Notes under the pieces: generated by a model
What the model was told of the DNA's origin: nothing
Seen by the model: the letters and a program-made list of their open reading frames with translations, nothing else
Databases searched by the model: none
Position numbers and translations under genes: made by a program
Part shown: positions 48,772 through 61,729 of the stretch, piece by piece
How positions within the stretch are numbered: position 1 is the stretch's first letter
Layout of the letters: each line of letters begins with the position of its first letter
Assembly: GCF_009914755.1 (NCBI RefSeq)
Contig: NC_060940.1
Source: the human T2T-CHM13v2.0 reference genome, Homo sapiens
Strand: one strand, 5' to 3'
Length of the DNA stretch: 64,000 nucleotides

Positions 48772-51700
48772 TCAGTAAACACAAGAGTGGTTAAGAAAGG
48801 AAAGACCATGGTTGGCTGGAGTTATCAGGAAGACTTCAGGGGAGGTTGAACTTGAAGTGGCCATTGAGGTGGCCACCAGTAAAATTGTGATTCACTTCCA
48901 AAATGTTCTCTGACTGATTCATCAAATATTATATTTGATTTTAGTTTTAGAGCAGATTGTGCCAACTACTGTGAGGCCACTGAAAGCCCTCAGCCCCCTC
49001 CATTTATTTACTTGACATCTTCAGTGCTATTCAGCGAGCACTTTCTCCATACCAGGCACTGAGGACTGATGGTGAACAAGTTAGAGCTCACCAGCACAGA
49101 GGAAAGAAGGGGTGAGGCTTTCAGATTTGCAGGGAGAGTGTGACATATCTGTAAGCAGCTCATCAGGGCTCACCCATGGTGAAGATGACAATTTCAGATA
49201 AAATTTAATCTTACAGACAAGAACAAAAGTCTGGAAAGCAAAAACAAACAAGCAAACAAAAAACATTAAGCACTGCACAAAGGGGAAATGAGTGATGGGC
49301 TACTGCTTTGAGTCTAGAGGGAAGTGGTTGAGACATATCTGCTTCACTTTTCTTTTTCTGGAAAACTGAGGAAGGATTTGTGAAATGCCCAGACAAGATG
49401 ACCTAGACGAGAAGAAGGAAATGTTTGAGCCTATGTAAGAATATTCCTCTGATAATTACGGTATCCCTGTTACAGAAATAGAGAGGAAGATGCGAGAACT
49501 CGTTCCTTCATTCATGTGAGCAAACATCCCCAGATACTGGGCATTCAAGGCCATATCAGATATGCCACATACCTGTGTGGGCACAGAGAGGAAAATCCTC
49601 AGTTATGTATTATCCAGCTAGACTAGATCTGAAGGGGGACAGTCTCTATAATAGCACCTTGGCCACACTTCCTGAGAAATTCATCCTTATTTCCATCCCA
49701 TTTATAGCTGTCATCATAAAGTAGGTCATCCTTACAACTCACTTTGGGAAGTAATGCAGGGCAAGTGAGGTTAGTTCCAGTTTAAAGGTGGAGAAACAGG
49801 ATCAAGGACTTGACCAAATCCCAGCATTATTTAGTAGGGGAAGACAGAATGGCATTTGCAGTCCACAGGTCCAAAGGCCAGCCTACTCCACATTTTCTTA
49901 TCTTTAAATAACACTTCACGCCCAGGAAAGCCTCGAGGCCACAGGAGGACTCTAACAGCCTGATTAGTGGAGCTGCTTATAACTTATTGGACACAGCCCT
50001 GTCCCACACGAGGCTGAGCACCAGGCCTGTCTTTTAAGTGGAACCCAATGGGAGTCCCAAGACACTTGGTCTTCCCTCATTAACAGAAAAGAGAAATAGT
50101 TAAGAAAAGTCACTAGGGAAAGGGTCATCAAGAACTGAGATGAAAAGATGAGCAAAGCACTCTAGAGAAAGATTCATTTCCTGAGTCACTCTCCACAACT
50201 GAATTAAAGGGACCAGGCCGCACTGATGGGCAAAGGCAACAGCAAGTGTGGGAGTGTTCTGTTCTGGGAGATTGCACTCACTCCTGCACAAACAGGCACA
50301 CTGTGGGTTCTGGTCCGTCTTCAGCCTAGAGGAAAAGGAAGAAGAATCACAATACATAATTTCTTTTCTGTGGGCCTTTATGGTTTATGAAAGCACATTT
50401 TGAAAAGTTTAAGATTTCTGTAGGTACCTCAAGGGGAAATCCTGGGTTATCAGAGGAATCTTTCATTCATTTATTCATCCAGCCAGTGTTATTTGAATAT
50501 TTCTGGGTCCAGATGCTGTAAAAGGCACTGAGAATACAAAGATTATTAAGAGATAGGCCCTGCCCCAAAAGCCATGTTGTAATGGAAGGAGTCCTAGACC
50601 TTCAAGTCCTGCTCTGCTAGTTACTAACCAAGTCGTTTCAGGCACATCACTTGTCCTCTCTGAATATTAGTTCTGAAGTCTATGAAATAAGTCTAATCAT
50701 ACCTGCCTTTCCCATTCCAAAATGTTTGTAAGTTCGAGGGAGGTCATGGACATGAAGGCATTTTATAAATTACAAAGTTCCCACCTGGCAATCTTGCCCT
50801 GTGCCGACAGAGGGATGCATGGCTGTCTGCAGATTCATTATCCAGATGTGGTGACAATCATGTGGGGGCCAGAAATTGGCTGACACGGAGTCAGTGATCT
50901 TTCATAAATGGACTGGGATGGATATTAGGAGGAAACAAGAAAGTCAAACTTAAAAGCACCCCATTACCCTTATCCTCCCATTAAGACCAAGCCTGAGGCT
51001 TTGATGAGTCGTCAGGCCTCTGGCCTCATTAGAAAAGCAGATGGATATATCAGAGGGGTTAATGGCAGCCAGTGATGACCGTGATCTGATTTAGTCCTAG
51101 CTCTTGACCCTCCAGAGATGATGATGACTTTGAAAACTGAAGGACTGACTTTTGGTGGGGAATGAACAAGGCAAAATCTAAAATTATGTTACGATTTAAA
51201 AAAAAAAAGAAAAAGAACTCCCCCATACAGGAATAGAACCAAAAAAAAGGAGAAACAAAAATTAAAACAGAATAATAGCAATGTTGCAGACTGTTTGTTA
51301 AATATTGCCTATCTGCACTAAGAAAAGTAGTCATGCCGCAAATAAAACAGCAAAAAAAAAAAAAAGAAAGAAAGAAAAAAAAAGCATTTCAAAATATTCT
51401 TAGTGGTTCCATTAATGAGGGCAAAATTGAAGTCTAGTGGAAGAACACAGTGGCTGATGTGTGTGTGTGTGTGTGCACGCGCACGCACACCCATGCTCAT
51501 GCATACCTCTTGAGAGCCGAGGTAAAGATGAGGACACAAACCTAAATCCACATAAAGTGGAATACAGGCCATGTTTTTCTGTGTGTTCTTCGTCTTTCTG
51601 ACCAATTTGGTCTATATCAATGTCTGCACCCTGCCACAAAACCCTTAATAAACAGTCTTAACTTACGCTACTGGCAACTGTAACTGCCAGAGTTATCAAG

Positions 51701-53964
51701 AGCCATGGAAGACTGAAACCTTCTCTACCATGAATAAATGGGACTCCCAAAGAGGGTGACAATACCAGTGGTTTGGTTACAGCTGCTGCTTGTATCAGAT
51801 GATCCATAGATGTTTTCCCACCCCAGAATAACAGTTTTTGTTCCTCTCTGAGGAATGAGTTTGGTTATTAGCTCAGGAAATGAAACAGTTTCCAAATCAG
51901 TGGTGACTATTCCTGCACAGTCTCTGCCTTTTCCCATAGCACAGCTTCATTGAGCTGGTAAGAGCTCAGTCTTCATAAATATGTAAAGACAGCATTCATC
52001 TTCCTGATTAATTAATCCAGTAACTGATCCAAGCTCTTGCCTATGAGTGCTCTTGGACCCATGGCTCCTATTCTCTCCACTCTGGTTTCCCCACCTGGGT
52101 CAGCCCTTCTCTTCATCTATTGTTGGGTAGCGTGTAACAAAAGGGGTCCCTGGTCTAGACTGTTCCCACGTTCTCCAGCAGGCTGCCTATGAGAATTTCA
52201 CAAATTCCTCATGCACTTTTAAATTTTAATAACGAAGATTGTGGATTTATGTGAATAGCGACAGATGGAATCTGAAAGCCAATTAATTTTGTCATTAAAG
52301 TATAATATAGGACAGCCGTATTACACAATCAAGCATGATGAATTATTTTTACATCCTGTGACATAGACAACTGGCTATCCCATGAAAGAAGGAATTCAAT
52401 TTGCATTTAAATGCCATTCCCAGAATGTGACAGAGGCTCTCTGCATTATATAAGTTTCAAGAAGCTGAGGTTTGGCCAATTAATTTTAAGAAGTGTTTGT
52501 GATTGAAGTGCAAAAATGAATGGAGAAGTCAATACCTCAATGAAGGATCTTGTGAATGGCCCTCAGCCAGGGGAACCAGCCGCGCTGTGCAGGGGATTCC
52601 TGACCCACAGCAACCAGGAGATAAAAGGTGCTCTTGTTTTAAGCCACTAAAAAAGAAAAAATGAGTTGGGATCTTGTTGAACATCCACACACACACTTCT
52701 GGGCAAGTATATTTTCTCCTTACCACCTTCTCAGCTTTTCTAAACTTGATACAAACGATGCAGCAAGTGGGCAGGGTGTGTTCACCACCCTTTGGGCCAT
52801 GGGTACCTGGAGAGAGATATGCATCCCCAGTGAGGTCTACACATTGTACACGCATGTGCATGTATGCACACACACAAATATACACATAGTTTCATTAACT
52901 CTTCTGGAGAAAACAATTTAAGAAAATGCCAACTTCTTTTTCAGCTAATTAAATGCCTATAGCCCATTAATTATAGATTAAGGGAACTAGTGTTTACCAC
53001 AAAGTCATCTGGAGCTAGCATCTGAAGAGGTTGAATTCCATACTGAGAAGTTGGAACATTATTCTGTATGTGACAGAAAACCATTCTAAGATTTATTAAG
53101 ATGGAGTTGGTATTAAACCACTAGTAAGTTGAAACTACTAAGAAGAATAAAATGGAGAGGTAGGGAAGTGGAACCTGGCAAACCAGTTGGGGCTATGGTA
53201 ATCATTTACGGAAAAAATAATACGGGGTTAACCAGAGGCAGTATGGATAAGAGAAGGGGGGAATATGGAAGCTCTGGGGCAATGGCTTCTTAGAAATTGA
53301 CTAGGTGGATGGAGGATGGAGAAGAAAGAGTAGATGCAATTTCTAGCCTTCATGACTGTGTGTGTGATGAGGCCATTAATAGAAACAGCAACTATAGGAG
53401 GAAACACAGGTTTGAGGAAGAGGGAAAAACGATCATACTCTCACTTTTTAAACAATTTACTTACTCCTTTGATATGATGGGATGACAATACTACTTTACC
53501 TCTATGATCTTCCTCCCCCAAACCCATAACCCCAGTTTAATTATGTGAAAAACAACAGAAACAGTCCAATAGAGGGGCACCCTATAATACCCTTGACCAG
53601 AACCCCTTAAAATTGTCAAGGTCAGCAAGAAAAGTCTGAGAAACTGTCAGATGAGAGAGGAGCCAAAGGGGACAGGATGGCTGAATGCAATGTGGGACCC
53701 TGGAGGGGATCCTTGAATAGAGAAGGTCAGATATTAAGTAAAAACTAAGGAAATCTGAATACATTGTAAACTTTAATTAATAATAATGCATCAGTATTGG
53801 TTCATTAATTGCAACAAATGTATCATAGTAATGTAAAATGTTAATACTAGGAGAAACTGGAGAGTGGGGTTTGGGGAGAACCTATGAGAACTCTGTAAAA
53901 ACCCCCTTATAAAGAGGGGTGGGAGGCTTGCTTACTAAAGTTTTGTTTGTTTGGTTAGTTGATA

Positions 53965-54247
53965 TTTTTTTCTTTTTGGGGACAAAGTCTTGCTCTGTTG
54001 CCCAGGCTGGAGTGCAGTGGCACCATCACAGCTCACTGCAGCCTTGATCTCCCAGGGACAAGTCATCCTCCCGCCTCGGCCTCCTGAGTTGCTGGGACTA
54101 CAGGTGCATGCCACCACGTCTGAATAATTTTAACATTTTTCTGTGGCGATGTGGTCTCACTGTGTTTCCCGGGTTGGCCTCAACTGGTCCTCCTGCCTTG
54201 TCCTCCCAGACTGCTGGGATTATACATGTGAGCCCCCATTCCCAGCC
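53965..54247 (-). mobile_element. AluJ-like SINE
   Basis: Diverged reverse Alu (cacagctcactgcagccttg). Confidence 0.9.
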
Positions 54248-54264
54248 ATTTTAAAAACTTTTGT

Positions 54265-54567
54265 GGCCGGGCGTGGTGGCTCATGCCTGTAATCCCAGCA
54301 CTTTGGGAGGCCGAAGTGGGTGGATCACGAGGTCAGGAGTTCAAGACCAGCCTGGCCAAGATGGTGAAACCCTGTCTCTACTAAAAATACAAAAATTAGC
54401 TGGGCATGGTGGTATGCGCCTGTAATCCCAGCTATTCGGGAGGCTGAGGCAGAGAATTGCTTGAACCCAGGAGGCGGACGTTGCAGTGAGCCAAGATCGC
54501 GCCTCTGCACTCCAGCCTGGGGTACAGAGCAAGACTCCATCTAAAAACAAACAAACAAACAAAAAAC
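54265..54567 (+). mobile_element. AluS SINE with (CAAA)n tail
   Basis: Full Alu; ggatcacgaggtcaggagttcaag. Confidence 0.95.
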
Positions 54568-54929
54568 ACCTTTTGATATCGGTAACCCATCATGGGAGTT
54601 GGGGGACACCGATTAAATAAGCTCTTGTTCCCCATGTGCAATTACTCCATTACAGATTAGACCACATCACTGATAACGACCACCTACCTGGATGAGAAAG
54701 CTGAGATGGCCGAAAGCAACTCGTTGCCTTGCGTAAAAGCTACAGTTTCTTGTACTGATGTTGAAATGGCCAGAAGGGGCATGTATGAGTGACGTAGTCA
54801 TGTGACTGTGGAGGGGAAAGCCAGCCTGAGAAGGACATGTTTTTTTCAATGGCCGAGTTGGAGCTGCAAAGGTACTATGAATTCATACTTCAAAACTGTG
54901 CCTTTGAGTTTGTTTGCTTGTTTGTTCTC

Positions 54930-54972
<43 letters not shown>

Positions 54973-55082
54973 GAGGTCTCACTATGTTGCCCAGGCTGGT
55001 CTCAAACCCTGGGGCTCAAGCAATCTTCCTGCCTTAGCCTCCCAAAGTGTTGGGATTACAGACAGGCATGAGCCACTGCACC
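54930..55082 (-). mobile_element. (TG)n microsatellite followed by an Alu left-monomer/FLAM
   Basis: (tg)n then gtagatgaggtctcactatgttgcccaggctgg...gagccactgcacc. Confidence 0.85.
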
Positions 55083-55964
55083 CTGTGTGCGTGGCAGGGG
55101 GAGGGGGTGAGTGGCTGGGTGGGCGTGTGATTGCTGGGCCTTTGGATTTCATCCAGCAAACACTCACCTCCTGGGCAAGCTGGGTACTGTTAGATATTAG
55201 GGATATGAGGATAAATGTGTGAATGCGCCATGTCTGCTGCCCATAAGGAGCTCACAGTCTACTCTACAGACAGGATGGCGAATAATTACAGTACATTGCT
55301 AGAGCCAGGATGTTCTGTGTTAAAAAGAAAAAGAGTGTTTTGGAAGTGCTAAGACAGGAACAATGAACTCTACCCAGGAGGGTGGTGAGAGAAGGCAACA
55401 CCAAAGAAAAAGCTTGTGAACTGGGCCTCCAAAAATAAGTAGGTTCTTGCCACGTTGAGTGGGAAAGGTACTGTAGGCAGATGATTCAACATTTGCAAAA
55501 CACAACGACATTCAACAGCATCATGTGCTTGGGTAAGTGGCAGCTGGAGCATCCGGCAAGGGATTCACAACCTGGGAGCTGTGAGAAAGGTCTGTTAGGG
55601 AGAAGAAGGGCTGAAATCAGGGAGACCAGGTAGGAGGCTACTGTCATAATTAAGGCTGGAGAGGATGAAGCTCTACAATCATGGGATAATGTTAAAAGAT
55701 GCCCTCACTCCTACCTTCTCATTTCTCCACCAACACATTCAAGCCAAACAAACTTGAGTCCCCAAAGGCCTCTGCTCTTGGCAATGCAGGAAGGCCTAGC
55801 ATCTGTTTCTTGAGCAGCAGAAGCCAGACGTTGGTAGGGCCCAGGCTTCTTATTCGAGAGCCCCAAGGTACAGGCCCGTGCCCATTCCAGAGCTCACTGG
55901 GGAATTCCACGCACATGCCCACCATATGCTAGGTAACTTTTTCTCTCCAGTACAAGTCCTCTCT

Positions 55965-56004
55965 GTTCTGCCTGCTAGAAGGGGCCCTTTCTAGCAGGCA
56001 GAAC
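55965..56004. repeat. 40-bp near-perfect palindrome
   Basis: gttctgcctgctagaagggg|ccctttctagcaggcagaac; 19 of 20 pairs complementary, no spacer. Confidence 0.95.
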
Positions 56005-56769
56005 TGCTAGAAAGCAGCTTTTCCAGGAGCACTTCGACATAGCTTCCAATTTTGAAGCTGAGAAGCTGTAGAGAGGACTGATTAACAGTCTTTTTTGTTT
56101 CCAAGAAGACATAGACAGCGCCATGGACATGCCCGTTTCCTCTTCTCTTGAAAACAGTGAAGAAAACCTATGGCAGAGAGTTTGCTCAGAAGCCAGGTGG
56201 CCTCATGAAACCTCAAGGGTTTAGCCTCAAATCTCCATTGTTGTTGTCAAGGGACAGCTCGAGGAACTCAAGCCCTGTGATCTGGTACGATGGTTCCTGT
56301 TGGCACCGTGGCCCCATGGCTTTGCTGTCCTATTGGTGCTGCGAAGAGCCAGGTAGCGGGATGGGGAAGGCTTACTTTGAATCCTGGCTCTATCACACAC
56401 TAGATGCAGAGAGGTAGCTAAGGTCATACAACCTCAGATGACTGACTTTACCTCTCTGCATCTGTTTTCCCTTTTGTAGAAATGGGCATGTTGACAGAAC
56501 CCACTGCAAAGGGCTGTTGTGAGGATTAAACCTTATGCTCTAAGTAATGTTAATATACAAAGCCTAACACATGGTAGTCAAAGTTAGCTGATAGATGCCT
56601 TTTGCAAAGTCAGCCTGCACTACTTCTACCCCCCACACACATACCAAACACAGGCTGCTTGTATGAGTAGAGGCCTAGGGGGCAGTGGTGCATCCTGGTG
56701 AAGGGTTGGAGCTCAATAGCCAGGGTTTGAATCCTAGCTACTGCACTTCCCAGTTTACAAATGAGGAAC

Positions 56770-56955
56770 CCAGAGCCCTCACTACCGTTTTTGCTCATTC
56801 CAAACAGCTTAATTTTTTCTGTGCCCTCTTTTGTAGCTCCTATAGTCAGGCCTTCCTATTTCTACCTCTGGGGGACCTGCATGCAAAGCTTAATTCCTTT
56901 ATGGATTTCTGCAAAATATTCACTCTCACTATGCATTTAATGAAGTAAGCAGCTT
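56770..56955 (+). repeat. Inverted duplication, copy 1 (interrupts a MIR)
   Basis: About 85% identical by eye to the reverse complement of 58577-58764. Confidence 0.93.
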
Positions 56956-57034
56956 CCCTTATCAGTAAAATGGGAGTAATCATAGGAACTGCTTCATAGG
57001 GTTACTATAAGGAGTAAGTGAGACTCATCCATAG

Positions 57035-57465
57035 TGTCACGTGTAGTTAGAGTTCATTCATTCTCATTGCTATGTAATAGTTCATGTTACAAATAGACTA
57101 TGATTTATTTATCCATTCTACTGTTGATGAAGATTGGGACTGTCTCCAGTTTGGAGCTATTACAAATAGAGTGGTGCTATGAAAATTCTTGTACTCATCT
57201 TTTGGTGAACATACATTTACAATTTCTGGATCAGAGGTATCAGCTTTAGTGGATACTGCCAGCAAGTTTTCCAAAGTGGTTGTTCCCATTTAAATCCAAA
57301 CTAGCAGTGTATGAGAATTCAGTTGCTCCACATCTTTACCAACACTTAGTATTTTTCTGATGTTTTCATTTTAGCCATTCTAGTGCATCTGTAGAGCTAT
57401 CATATTGTGGTTGCAATTCGCATTTCCCTGGTGACCAATCAAGTTGAACATCTTTTCATGTGTGG
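57035..57465 (-). mobile_element. L1M 3' fragment
   Basis: tttatccattctactgttgatg; ttttccaaagtggttgt; ttttagccattct. Confidence 0.8.
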
Positions 57466-58576
57466 ACTAAACACAGTGTTGGCACACAGTTAGCATTCAA
57501 CAAATGTTAGCTATTATCATTAGTACTGTTGTTCTCTGATCAGTGAAACTCAGCTTTTTCAAATGGGGACATGGGCAGAGACTTGGGGAAGGTTTTCAAA
57601 TGTTAAACTTTCTTGGCCTACCATTATCATCCATGTGTGCGTTTCCCTATGCCTCCCTCTTCTCCTGGTTTATTTCTCTGTAAATAACACACATCGCCTC
57701 TCCCAGAGTGCAGACATGCTGAATAATAGGAAGCGAAAGCCAGGTGAAACTTCTGACCGGCACCCCAAACAGGTTCCCCCGCTTCACAGATGTGTCACCT
57801 CCAAGAGAAGCAGAAAGGATCCTCCCCCAGAAACCTCCTGGAATCTCATCTATCTGGCCCCACTCCCTCTAGCTTCTTCCTGATGAATGGCTTTGACAAC
57901 TTTCTCATTATTAGGGCCTCTTATCCAAGTCTGACTTGAATCTTTAATGCCTTCTGTTAGGAAAGATGCATCACTTGATTTTTAGGATGCACACACAATT
58001 CCCCTTGCAGAGCCAGTATCCTGAGGGGTTTGTTAATGCATCAAACCATGGACCTCTGAGGAAAATTCCTTGTCCCCAAAACAAGAAGACAGTTAAGCTG
58101 TACCCTCAGTTTAGCTCCCACTGGTAAACTCCATGAGAAAAGAAAATAACCAGCATTGTGTAATTGGGGGTGGAGTTACATCTTACAGAATCTTTGTGAA
58201 AGGGAGAAAAGGAAGCCAGCTTAATAATTCCCAAACTAGGTCAAAAATTTATATCCATGTGTATATAAAATAGTCTTCATTATCTTATGTAATAAACATG
58301 ATTTTATTATCTCAGTCACTGGGTTAAGAATTCCTTTTAGTGAGACCCAACTTTGTTGGGAAGACTTCTTGGTATAATCTCCTCATGAAATAAAACGTGA
58401 GGACCCCTGCTACCAGGGACCTTGCGGGGCAGGAATACTCCAGATAAGATAGAGAACAAATTTCCTGATTGCAACAAAGATTGAAGGGAGGAGAAAGAAA
58501 AAGAGGAATAGTGAGAAATGGAATGGATGATTAAAGGCTGTTCAGTGGAATCTGCGACCCCCTTAAGTCTCCTAGA

Positions 58577-58764
58577 AAGCTGCTTACTTCGTTAAATGCA
58601 GAGTGAGAGTGAATCCTTTGCAAAAACCCATGAAGGAATTCAGCTTTGCATGCAGGTCCCCCAGAGGTAGAATTTAAGAAAGCCTGAATATGGGAGCCAC
58701 AAAGAAGAGGGCAGAAAAAAATTAAGCTGTTCAGAATGAGCGAAAATAGTGGTGAGGGCTCTGG
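58577..58764 (-). repeat. Inverted duplication, copy 2 (probable source)
   Basis: Shares a 31-bp exact core ttctacctctgggggacctgcatgcaaagct (as reverse complement) with copy 1. Confidence 0.93.
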
Positions 58765-58777
58765 CTTCAGATAAGCT

Positions 58778-58870
58778 CAGGGTGACCAACTTGTCACAGT
58801 TTGTCCAGGATTTTTCCAGTGTTAGCCTTGAGAGTCTCACAACTCAGGAAACCCCTCTGTCCCAGGCAGA
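58778..58870. mobile_element. MER94/MER81-like hAT-Blackjack MITE fragment
   Basis: agggtgaccaacttgtc...tttgtccagga terminus. Confidence 0.6.
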
Positions 58871-59275
58871 TTTTAGCCAGAATGTACAATTGAAGGTTTG
58901 AGTTTTATCTAAATTTCTTAGGACCAAGGACGTCCAGTTGATAACTGAATTATAATTAAAATGGCACCTAGACTGTTCAACTTTTGGTTTCTGGGTTTGA
59001 CAACGTTCGACACACGAACATATATACAGAAACACAAATACCAAAAGTATATGCTCAGATGCTAAGTGCGTCATGACAAGTGAAATCCCCCTCCTGGTCC
59101 AGAATTTCAGTTTCACCACAGTTTACTTAAGAGTTTTCTTTCCTTTGTGCATTGAGAAGGAGCCATGGCTTTGCCAGCTCCTGTCCAAACCCCCCAACTC
59201 AGCAGCCTTTCCATGGAAAGACATTCCTTCTGACCTTGATTCTTTTGAGAGAGAAAGAATAAATAGCAAGAGGCA

Positions 59276-59574
59276 GGCCAGGCACAATGGTTCACGCCTG
59301 TATTGCCAGGACTTTGGGAGGCCGAGGCAGGCAGATCATTTGGGGTCAGGAGTTCAAGACCAGCCTGGCCAACATGGCGAAATCCTGTCCCTGCTAAAAA
59401 TACAAAATTAGCCGGCCTGGTGGTACGCACCTGTAATCCCAGCTACTCAGGAGGCTGAAGCACGAGAATCACTTGAACCTGAGAGGTGGAGGTTGCAGTG
59501 AGTCAAGATTGGGCAACTGCACTCCATCCTGGGCGATAGAGCAAGACTCTGTCTCAAAAAATAAAAAAAGTAAA
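59276..59574 (+). mobile_element. AluS SINE
   Basis: Full Alu; TSD aaat(a/t)gcaagaggc. Confidence 0.95.
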
Positions 59575-60430
59575 AAATTGCAAGAGGCTCCTTTCCCAGA
59601 CTCATTACCTCCCTTCCATTTTTCTCCCTCTGCCATTCTTCCCCTACCTCATTTGCATGCAATGTGGAAGAACTGATCTAGGGAAGATTTGTGTGCTTTC
59701 AAGATACTGGGTCCACTGAGATCAGCTACAATTAAATTATGTCTTCAATATGTTTAACTCAGACTCTGGATTTTTGTAGTCCTAGAAACCAGTAGAAATA
59801 AATTTATTAAGAATGTGATCTCATCACTAAACATTCACTCAGCCCATTGACTCCCAAATTAGAGGACACATTTCAGGGATTGGGTCAGAATTCTATTTTC
59901 AGTTAGAATAAGGGGTTAGAATAAGGCAGTATAACCTAGGTGTGCTTTACAGAAAGACATGCCTGGATTTCAGTTCACACCTGGCAGTATGGGCTTGGGC
60001 GTATTCCCTATCAATGAGGTATATGATTGAAAGGAATCAAGGATTCAGGCCTGAAGAATTAAGTAACCCACTGAGATGGTGAAGGCTATAGGTAGAGCAG
60101 GTTGAGGATGAAAGATCAAAAGTTCAGCATAGGATATGTTAAGGAGAGAGTCCTAAGCTGAAAATAGAAGTTTGGGAGTCACTGATATATCAGTGGTATT
60201 CAAAGCTATGACCAGATGAGATCACTAAGGAAGTGACAGCAGAGAGAGAAATGTCTGTATGGCCATGGCTGTGCTACCTAGGATGAAGTTTGCTGGCCAA
60301 TAGTCCCTCCATAGCCTCTCTACCTACGTTCAATGGATCCATCACAGCAGAAGGCTCAGTGCACGTTCATGGGGAGGCAGTAGGTACAGGACAAGGAATC
60401 TCAGGTTTGGAGACAGAAGAGGGCCTGGAG

Positions 60431-60548
60431 GGCCAGACACGGTGGTTATGCCTGTAATCCCAGCGCTTTGGGAGGCCAAGGCAGGCAGATCACTTGAGGT
60501 CAGGAATTCAAGACCAGCCTGGCCAACATGACAAAGCCCCATCTCTAC

Positions 60549-60612
<64 letters not shown>

Positions 60613-61082
60613 TATAGATATATACATGTATATATATGTATATATGTATATATACATATGTATATATGTATATATATACATATGTATGTATATATATACA
60701 TATGTATATATATGTATATATGTATATATGTATATATGTATATATACATATGTATATATGTGTATATATATACATATGTATATATGTGTATATATATATA
60801 CATATGTATATATATGTGCGTGTGTGTGTATATGTATATATATGTGTATATACACATAAATATATACACATATATATATACACACATATATATGTATAAA
60901 TTAGCCAGGCGTGGTAGCGTGTGCCTGTAATCCCAACTACTCAGGAGACTGAGGCATAAGAATTGCTTGAACCCAGGAGGTGGAGGCTGCAGTAAGCAGA
61001 GATTGAGCCACTGTGCTCCAGCCTGGGCAACAGAGTGAGACTCTGCCTCAAAAAAAAAAAAAAAAGAAAAAAAAGAAAAAAT
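60431..61082 (+). mobile_element. AluS SINE with greatly expanded middle linker, inserted in a MIR
   Basis: Left arm 60431-60549, right arm 60899-61050; 16-bp TSD agaagagggcctggag (60415-60430 and 61085-61100). Confidence 0.95.
60550..60898. repeat. ~A31 run plus ~320-bp compound (TA)n/(TATG)n/(TACA)n microsatellite
   Basis: Read directly from the sequence. Confidence 0.97.
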
Positions 61083-61224
61083 GGAGAAGAGGGCCTGGAG
61101 CTTAGCTCAGCTCTGCTGCTTCTGGGCTCTGGGCTATGTTATTTTGGGAAAATCACTTAATCTCAGTGAGCTTCAATTTCTTCACCTGTAAATTGGAGAT
61201 AACATTGCCTCCCTCAATGACTGC

Positions 61225-61563
61225 TCGTTCGGACAGCTATAACAAAATACCATGGACTGCGCAGCTTACACAACAAACATCTATTTTTCATAGTCATGGA
61301 GGTTGGGAAGTCCAAGACCAAAGTTACAGCAGGTTTGGTGTCTGGTGGGGGCCCACTTCTTGGTTCATAGATGTCCATCTTCTCACTGGGGTGAGGGAAC
61401 TCTCTGAGGTTTCTTTCACAAGGGCATTAATCCCATTTATAAGGCTCCACTCTCATAACTTAATCACCTTCCAAAGGACCCTCCTCCTAATACCACTCCT
61501 AATACCACCATCTCAACCTATTAATTTGGGGGGTGAGTGGGACACAAACATTCAGTCCGTAAC
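61225..61563 (-). mobile_element. MLT1A-like MaLR LTR inside a MIR
   Basis: ctataacaaaataccatggactg; ggaggttgggaagtccaagac; taatcaccttccaaagg; gacacaaacattcagtcc. Confidence 0.8.
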
Positions 61564-61729
61564 ACTCCCTTACAGAATACCTGTCAGTGTTAAATAAATT
61601 GAACAAAAATACTTTGTAAAATACCTTACACTTTACACTTCAGTTATCACTTATCCCATATAATTTCTGATAATTTCAGGGAGAAAATGCTTTAGTGATT
61701 AGATATAAAGTTTAGGACATTATCTACCA

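Noticed and set aside
56670-56690. CTCF-like CCTAGGGGGCAGTG
   Set aside because: The 5' part of the core mismatches the consensus; too weak to call from sequence alone.
60342-60930. Overlapping long Y/I-rich ORFs on both strands
   Set aside because: Translation artefacts of the (TA)n microsatellite and Alu.
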